A stretch of 64,000 nucleotides of DNA from a virus (taxonomy: Duplodnaviria > Caudoviricetes): positions 1-64,000 of the IMG/VR virus record IMGVR_UViG_2873737359_000001, one strand, 5' to 3'. The translations under genes and the position numbers were made by a program. Numbering within the stretch: position 1 is the stretch's first letter; every line of letters starts with the position of its first letter. Below, one piece after another: positions 58,798 through 64,000 of this stretch. The notes under the pieces were generated by a model. That model saw only the letters and a list, made by a program, of their open reading frames with translations. It was not told the DNA's origin and ran no database searches.

Positions 58798-59109
58798 TCA
58801 ATTAAGAAAATCAATATTAACAATCCAGGAATCTCCAGTAAGCTCAATAGACTCTTCAATATCAGGGTCACATTCTGGTATCTCATACCGAATTTTACAT
58901 TCATTGAGATCAATATTTAATTCCGTTCCATTTGCACAAATACTCATAATATCTTGTGTTGAGAATTCAATATCTCCAGGCGTACATGACATATGTGATG
59001 ATATAATATCATTACTGATAGTCATATGTACTGCAAGCAACTTACCTGGATCCTCTGCTGCAGCCATAAACGCGTTTTCAATGTCTTCAATTGTCACAGT
59101 GTTAATCAT
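58798..59109 (-). CDS. Acidic hypothetical protein
   Basis: AAGGAG RBS, 103 aa. Confidence 0.65.
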   Translation of the reverse strand: MINTVTIEDIENAFMAAAEDPGKLLAVHMTISNDIISSHMSCTPGDIEFSTQDIMSICANGTELNIDLNECKIRYEIPECDPDIEESIELTGDSWIVNIDFLN

Positions 59110-59183
59110 TTTTCATTTCTCCTTGAATTATTATTTATATAAAATTTATATATTACACTATCAAAGTATGCTTTGACGACTAT

Positions 59184-60074
59184 TTATAAATAGTCGCCAA
59201 ATTGCCTTATAAAAAACGATGGAACTATTTTTGCTCCATATTGATTAATAATCTCATCCTGATATTGTATTAAGTATTCCTTTGGAGTTAATTTTGTTTC
59301 TTTTGTTCTCTTTTTAACAAAGTCTATTCTGCCAGAATCAATAATTGAATTAGGTGTCACAACATTGTTAATATGAGATAACGATTTGGTAATACTAATA
59401 TACGCAGAATTTCTTGTTGCAGGGCGATTATAGCAACTTTTAAATACATCAATATGACCTGACGAATCAATAAGTGACAATACCCTAGTACTTGTTTCAT
59501 ATTCATAAGTATTTGCACTTTTTAATATAATGTTAATAAGAGCATCAGACAACATTACTACTCTTCCGGATGTAAGCTTTGCCTTTTTATTTTGTATATC
59601 TACATCTTCTAAATGAAGTTTGTATATATCTTCGTATTTATTTCCTCTTCCAAATTCAAATAATGCAAGCATTGCGTACTGATCACGCGGCTCTAAATTA
59701 ATAATTGCAGTTAATAACTCGTCTTTTGTTACTATTTGCATTTTTTGTATCAATTTATTTAAACATGCATTTAGTTCATCCCTTTTAAATTCCTGGAAAT
59801 GATTTTGGCAGTCTCTAACTAATCCCCTATTAATACAAAATGTTGTATAAGATATAAATACTGTATTAATTGTACTTAAAGTATTAGCTGAAGAAATATT
59901 CCATAATTTATACATATTTGATATATCTACAAATGTAAACATGCATAAATCTTTATTTAATTTCTCTTCATACGAAGTGGTTCTTTCAAAAATCGATTCA
60001 AGAAAAATTCTATTTATAATAGTTGTTTTTTCTTTATAATCAATGTAGAGCTTTTTTATATCGTGATTATACAT
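59184..60074 (-). CDS. Catalytically degenerate tyrosine-recombinase-fold protein (YopR/MrpR-like repressor)
   Basis: SAM-like N-terminus, LFE.G....I..L...D, I..SG.I in place of HxxR. Confidence 0.65.
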   Translation of the reverse strand: MYNHDIKKLYIDYKEKTTIINRIFLESIFERTTSYEEKLNKDLCMFTFVDISNMYKLWNISSANTLSTINTVFISYTTFCINRGLVRDCQNHFQEFKRDELNACLNKLIQKMQIVTKDELLTAIINLEPRDQYAMLALFEFGRGNKYEDIYKLHLEDVDIQNKKAKLTSGRVVMLSDALINIILKSANTYEYETSTRVLSLIDSSGHIDVFKSCYNRPATRNSAYISITKSLSHINNVVTPNSIIDSGRIDFVKKRTKETKLTPKEYLIQYQDEIINQYGAKIVPSFFIRQFGDYL

Positions 60075-60075
60075 T

Positions 60076-61389
60076 TTACACCTCTTCCTGTATTATTTCT
60101 TTTATCTTTTTTATAGCCACTTTCCCTGTGCTCTGAATTACTTGAGTTGGAAGTTTATTTTTGTTTTCAAATACTTTATGAATATCATTTACCATATTAT
60201 CCTTTGGTTTACCTTGATAAATATAGAATACAGATAAAATTATCAATATATCTCTTTTGGTGTATTCCATGCTTAAAAAGGTGTTATCGGCTTCTGTAAG
60301 TATATTAAATTCTTCAATCAACTCCTTAGAAACAGATATTTTTAATTTGCGTTTTTCATCATTAGTCATAAAAAATCTTGAATGGAAAAATATTTTACGA
60401 AGCACATCTGAAAAAGTTGCAAAATCTATCGGGGTCTGATATCTTCCAATCATTCCATATATATTGCATAGGCTATTTTCATTGATTGTCTTTGTAATAA
60501 TATTTGCTAAATCACTAGAATTATATGAATTAGTATTAACCTTTGACATTTTTGTTTTCTGTGCCTGCTGATAAATATACCTTTGAGATTTTTCTACATT
60601 AAAATTGGTAATACGAAGTTCCATTTCTTGATTACATTTTGGATAAGAACGTTTCGCTCCTAATAATGCCAGGTAACGATGATATCCATCATTAATATCA
60701 AATGCATCAATATGATAAACAATTAATTGCTTCTGTTTAGAATCATAGTAAAAACTTGCTTCATTATCTTCATTTATATTTTTAGGAATATTTAATGTAA
60801 TATCTGAAGGAATATAACTTTCTCCTATAATGTCTTCCTTAATAGCATTAACAGCTTTTTGATCAATAGTAATTTTATAAAAAGATTCTTCGTTTCTTGT
60901 TACTTTTGTCATTGCTCGCTGAGTCTCTGGATTATAATTGATTAATCCTTTATTCATAAAATAATATAATTGATCAGAGTCAATTTTGCCAATCCACTGA
61001 TCATCTGCAATTTCAATCATATCAAATTTTAAGGGCCATTCTATTTCTTTTTCCATAGGATCATCGTCAAATTTAGATCCACTATAGTCATGAATTTCCT
61101 TTGAAGTAAAATAATCTGACAACTTATTTAAACCTTTTCCGTTTCCATTATTTATCTTAATTTGACTAAGATAACTATCCAGCATTACAAATAGTTCTAA
61201 ATCAGATGCTTCAATCAAATTTTTTCGAGTAGATGTATATTCAGAAAATTGAAGTTTGGTAAAATTATAAGTATTTTCAGCATAATCATACATTGCCTGC
61301 TCTAAAGACTTATCATTTAATAAAACTCTAATGAACCTTTCTTCCATATATTTAATCAATACACTTCGATCAACTAACATCTTGACCAC
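60076..61389 (-). CDS. DGQHR/DndB-ParB-like protein (YopQ-like)
   Basis: YNPETQR, IT.N, INDGYHR. Confidence 0.7.
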   Translation of the reverse strand: MVKMLVDRSVLIKYMEERFIRVLLNDKSLEQAMYDYAENTYNFTKLQFSEYTSTRKNLIEASDLELFVMLDSYLSQIKINNGNGKGLNKLSDYFTSKEIHDYSGSKFDDDPMEKEIEWPLKFDMIEIADDQWIGKIDSDQLYYFMNKGLINYNPETQRAMTKVTRNEESFYKITIDQKAVNAIKEDIIGESYIPSDITLNIPKNINEDNEASFYYDSKQKQLIVYHIDAFDINDGYHRYLALLGAKRSYPKCNQEMELRITNFNVEKSQRYIYQQAQKTKMSKVNTNSYNSSDLANIITKTINENSLCNIYGMIGRYQTPIDFATFSDVLRKIFFHSRFFMTNDEKRKLKISVSKELIEEFNILTEADNTFLSMEYTKRDILIILSVFYIYQGKPKDNMVNDIHKVFENKNKLPTQVIQSTGKVAIKKIKEIIQEEV

Positions 61390-61422
61390 CTCTCTTTTAT
61401 TTTAGTATTGCCTTGGAGCAAA

Positions 61423-62397
61423 TTACGCTCCAAGACTCTTTGACATATAAGTTGCTGCCTTTTTCCTTGGGTTATCAGATCTTGTGATGTACAAACTAGT
61501 TGTGCTTATACTTGAATGTCCGACAGCTTCCTTTGTAGCTTCAATATCCTTTGTTTTCTTATAATAAAGTGAAACAAATGCAGCTCTTAATTTATGTGGA
61601 GATATTTCGTAACCTAAAGCAGCTTTTGAATATTTCTGTACGATATCATATATTGTTCGAGGACTTATCCGATTTTTCTTTGCAGATATAAAAAACGCAT
61701 CTTCTTTTATTTTAAAAGATTCTAAATATTGATCTCTATATTTTAACCATTTCATTAGAATTTTTTTTGTCCCAGGAGAGAAAATATATACCTGTTCTTT
61801 ATCTCGCTTGTCAATAATAGTCAGTTTCCTTTTCTTCCAATCAAAATCAGTAACATTAATCTCACTTAAAGCTGTATTTCTCATTCCAGTAACCATAAAT
61901 AAATGCAAAATTGTATAATTTCTTGCTTTCCAGATATCAGCAATATTATCATTTCCAACTTCTTTAAGGATTTTATTTAAATCATTCATTGAAAGGAATA
62001 TTCTTTTTACTGAATCTTTTCTCATCGGTCGATCAATAAGATCCATTGGATTTCCATTGATAATTCTTCTTTTGTACAGATATTTAAAATATTGATTAAG
62101 TGCACTACATGCAGCTTTTGTATAAGCTGCAGATGCTTTTTTTATTTCTCCGTTTTTGTTGATATATTGAATACTATTTAGATATTCCTGTATGTCTATA
62201 TCGGTTATTTCTTCAATATAATCTTTCCTTGAATATTCAATAAAATTCTGTATGTATCTAATATATTCAATACATGTTTTAGGGCTTTTTGATACTCGAA
62301 TGTTATTATAGAATTGCCTTACATTATCTGGCAGTTTAAGTAACATTGTCTCTATCTTTTGATTAATTTGAAGTTCATGCTCTAACCTGCCATTCAT
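61423..62397 (-). CDS. XerD-like tyrosine recombinase (YopP-like)
   Basis: TGMR, K, HKLR, GH, Y intact. Confidence 0.9.
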   Translation of the reverse strand: MNGRLEHELQINQKIETMLLKLPDNVRQFYNNIRVSKSPKTCIEYIRYIQNFIEYSRKDYIEEITDIDIQEYLNSIQYINKNGEIKKASAAYTKAACSALNQYFKYLYKRRIINGNPMDLIDRPMRKDSVKRIFLSMNDLNKILKEVGNDNIADIWKARNYTILHLFMVTGMRNTALSEINVTDFDWKKRKLTIIDKRDKEQVYIFSPGTKKILMKWLKYRDQYLESFKIKEDAFFISAKKNRISPRTIYDIVQKYSKAALGYEISPHKLRAAFVSLYYKKTKDIEATKEAVGHSSISTTSLYITRSDNPRKKAATYMSKSLGA

Positions 62398-62411
62398 TCA
62401 GCATTCTCCTT

Positions 62412-63236
62412 TCACTTCTTAATATACTTATTAATGATCCTCTTCTCCAATATTTTCCCAGAGTCCCGGTACCATGGCAAGATTACTCCGCAATATTCCT
62501 GTACTCTCATAGAGTATATCTCGCCACATATCATAAACACAATCAATCCAATTGCAGCAATCAGTCCTCCGTTGGCCACAATACATAATAGCAGGCATGG
62601 TACAACCCAATACCAGTTATATGAGAAATGGCACCATTTAACCAGCCACTTTTCATTCATCATATCAAAACGTCTGATCTCATCCTGAGATAAAGAAGTC
62701 TTTGGAGGATTGGCAGCTGCCTTGCGTCTCATCAACTCCGCATATCCAACCGTTGGTTCATCCGGGCTGGTATACTTTTTAACATCCTCCTGCATCTGCT
62801 TAATTCTGCGTTCTTTCTCTTCTTTTTCTCTTCTTAGTCTAGGATTATTTTTATATCTAAATTCCTCATATGTGTTTCTTATTAACTGTTCTATCTGTGG
62901 AGGAGTTCCTGATTTAGTACAAATTTGATTATAAATATACTTCATCTCTTCAAGCTCTATATATGCTTTAGGGACACTATAACGTTCGTAATAACTTTTC
63001 ATACTTTCTGTTTGACGTTTTGCTCCTTTTACAGCATCTTTTACATATCGCACATAGTTTTCGTAATGTTCTTTATTTGTTATTATATAATTACCAGCGT
63101 GAACAACACAGTTGCATTTTGCATTTGCTTCTTCCGGAGTAAGATTGTTAACAATATCCTCACACTTTTTAATAAGATCATCTGTAGAATCTGCATACTC
63201 CTTATAATTCTGCGCGTCTTTAAAACTCATAATCAT
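62412..63236 (-). CDS. Membrane protein with C-terminal TM pair
   Basis: Hydrophobic hairpin near the C-terminus. Confidence 0.7.
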   Translation of the reverse strand: MIMSFKDAQNYKEYADSTDDLIKKCEDIVNNLTPEEANAKCNCVVHAGNYIITNKEHYENYVRYVKDAVKGAKRQTESMKSYYERYSVPKAYIELEEMKYIYNQICTKSGTPPQIEQLIRNTYEEFRYKNNPRLRREKEEKERRIKQMQEDVKKYTSPDEPTVGYAELMRRKAAANPPKTSLSQDEIRRFDMMNEKWLVKWCHFSYNWYWVVPCLLLCIVANGGLIAAIGLIVFMICGEIYSMRVQEYCGVILPWYRDSGKILEKRIINKYIKK

Positions 63237-63376
63237 AAGTGTTTACCTCCTTCCTTTTGTAAGCAGTTCTATTATTTGCTTTGATTTTCCGCAGCAATTT
63301 TTATTTTTAATTGTTACAAATATTCTTTTTAAAATCTATAACAATCATTACAGAAGAATAATGCCCTTTTTCTGTT

Positions 63377-63697
63377 TTAACTTCCCATCAAATCATCTAC
63401 TGAATCAAAAAGTTTCAAATCATCATGTATGTTTTCATGAATCCCATAATTATAAGCCCATTTTCCAAGATATTCAACAACTTCTTTCCTGTTCTGTAAA
63501 TAATCTTCTTTACGCATCTTTCTAATGTTAGACAATCGGTCACGTGCCACTGATCCGTTCCTAGCAAAAATCACACCATGTAATTTATCATCAGAAATAT
63601 TTAATAAATGGCATGGATACCAAGATTCACCAATCCTAAATTCATACATATAATTATAATTTCCATTTGCTTGTTCAACAGTCATTTTAACCACCAA
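63377..63697 (-). CDS. Hypothetical protein
   Basis: 106-aa ORF. Confidence 0.6.
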   Translation of the reverse strand: MVVKMTVEQANGNYNYMYEFRIGESWYPCHLLNISDDKLHGVIFARNGSVARDRLSNIRKMRKEDYLQNRKEVVEYLGKWAYNYGIHENIHDDLKLFDSVDDLMGS

Positions 63698-63710
63698 CCT
63701 TGAAATAACT

Positions 63711-63971
63711 TTATTTTAATTTATTTCTTAATATCCAACAAAAATCTTTCGAATCTAATAATGATCCATCAAATAATTTTGTACCTTCTTCATCATCGTT
63801 ATAAATTATCAATGAACCATCAAATCCTACAACAACATATTTCCCATTATATTGTTCCATATCAATTAATTTCCATTCATTTACTTTATATTGAGTTCCA
63901 TCATCCATAACGTCTACATATCCATCATATGAAAACAATGGAATACCAAACATATCTATAATACTTTCCAT
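63711..63971 (-). CDS. Hypothetical protein
   Basis: AAGGAG RBS, 86 aa. Confidence 0.65.
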   Translation of the reverse strand: MESIIDMFGIPLFSYDGYVDVMDDGTQYKVNEWKLIDMEQYNGKYVVVGFDGSLIIYNDDEEGTKLFDGSLLDSKDFCWILRNKLK

Positions 63972-64000
63972 AATCTCTCCTTAAATTCAGAATTTGTAAT

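Larger units (their letters stand above)
4452..64000. mobile_element. Large SPbeta-like prophage (one arm; continues past window end)
   Basis: Abrupt drop in GC after the tRNA, integrase plus excisionase at the edge, co-oriented phage replication genes, tRNAs, HNH genes, yopPQR-like triad. Confidence 0.93.

Noticed and set aside
61423-62397. Second mobile element boundary at the XerD-like gene
   Set aside because: No composition change or att-like repeat; its context fits the SPbeta-type regulatory triad.
196-63284. Many short plus-strand or alternative-frame ORFs in the track
   Set aside because: They are shadows of well-supported minus-strand genes, with no RBS or motifs.

Overview
The first ~4.45 kb is higher-GC host DNA, probably from a Lachnospiraceae/Clostridia genome: ligA, a pseudouridine synthase, two cell-envelope proteins and tRNA-Arg(CCG). 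From ~4452 to the window end lies one arm of a large, AT-rich, SPbeta-like prophage, almost all on the minus strand. It carries integrase/excisionase, nucleotide-metabolism genes (dut, nrdDG, gmk-like, thyX-like), a full replisome (DnaE, primase, helicase, SSB, RecD2), three HNH endonucleases, five tRNA genes, a Ter/P-type ATPase/PspA cassette and a yopP-yopQ-yopR(mrpR)-like repressor triad. No virion structural genes are in the window. Main highlights: (1) an NAD+ rebuilding gene set (PRS/Adps-like, NAMPT-fold enzyme with Ser at the nicotinamide-specificity Asp, nicotinamidase, NadE, macrodomain; no NadD) that looks like a deamidated, nicotinate-based variant of the NARP1 anti-defence pathway; (2) two unannotated structured ncRNA loci in the tRNA region, one an array of five covarying stem-GAGG...GUA-stem units, the other a ~380-nt RNA with a 7-nt periodic AAAG tract behind a DIP1984-like gene; (3) a ~15-copy operator-like motif at a fixed position next to three sigmaA promoters; (4) a phage NAD-dependent ligase split in two by an HNH gene; (5) a PurA-like enzyme lacking the aspartate-binding loop, paired with a vWA protein. 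All calls come from reading motifs by eye; no database searches were run.
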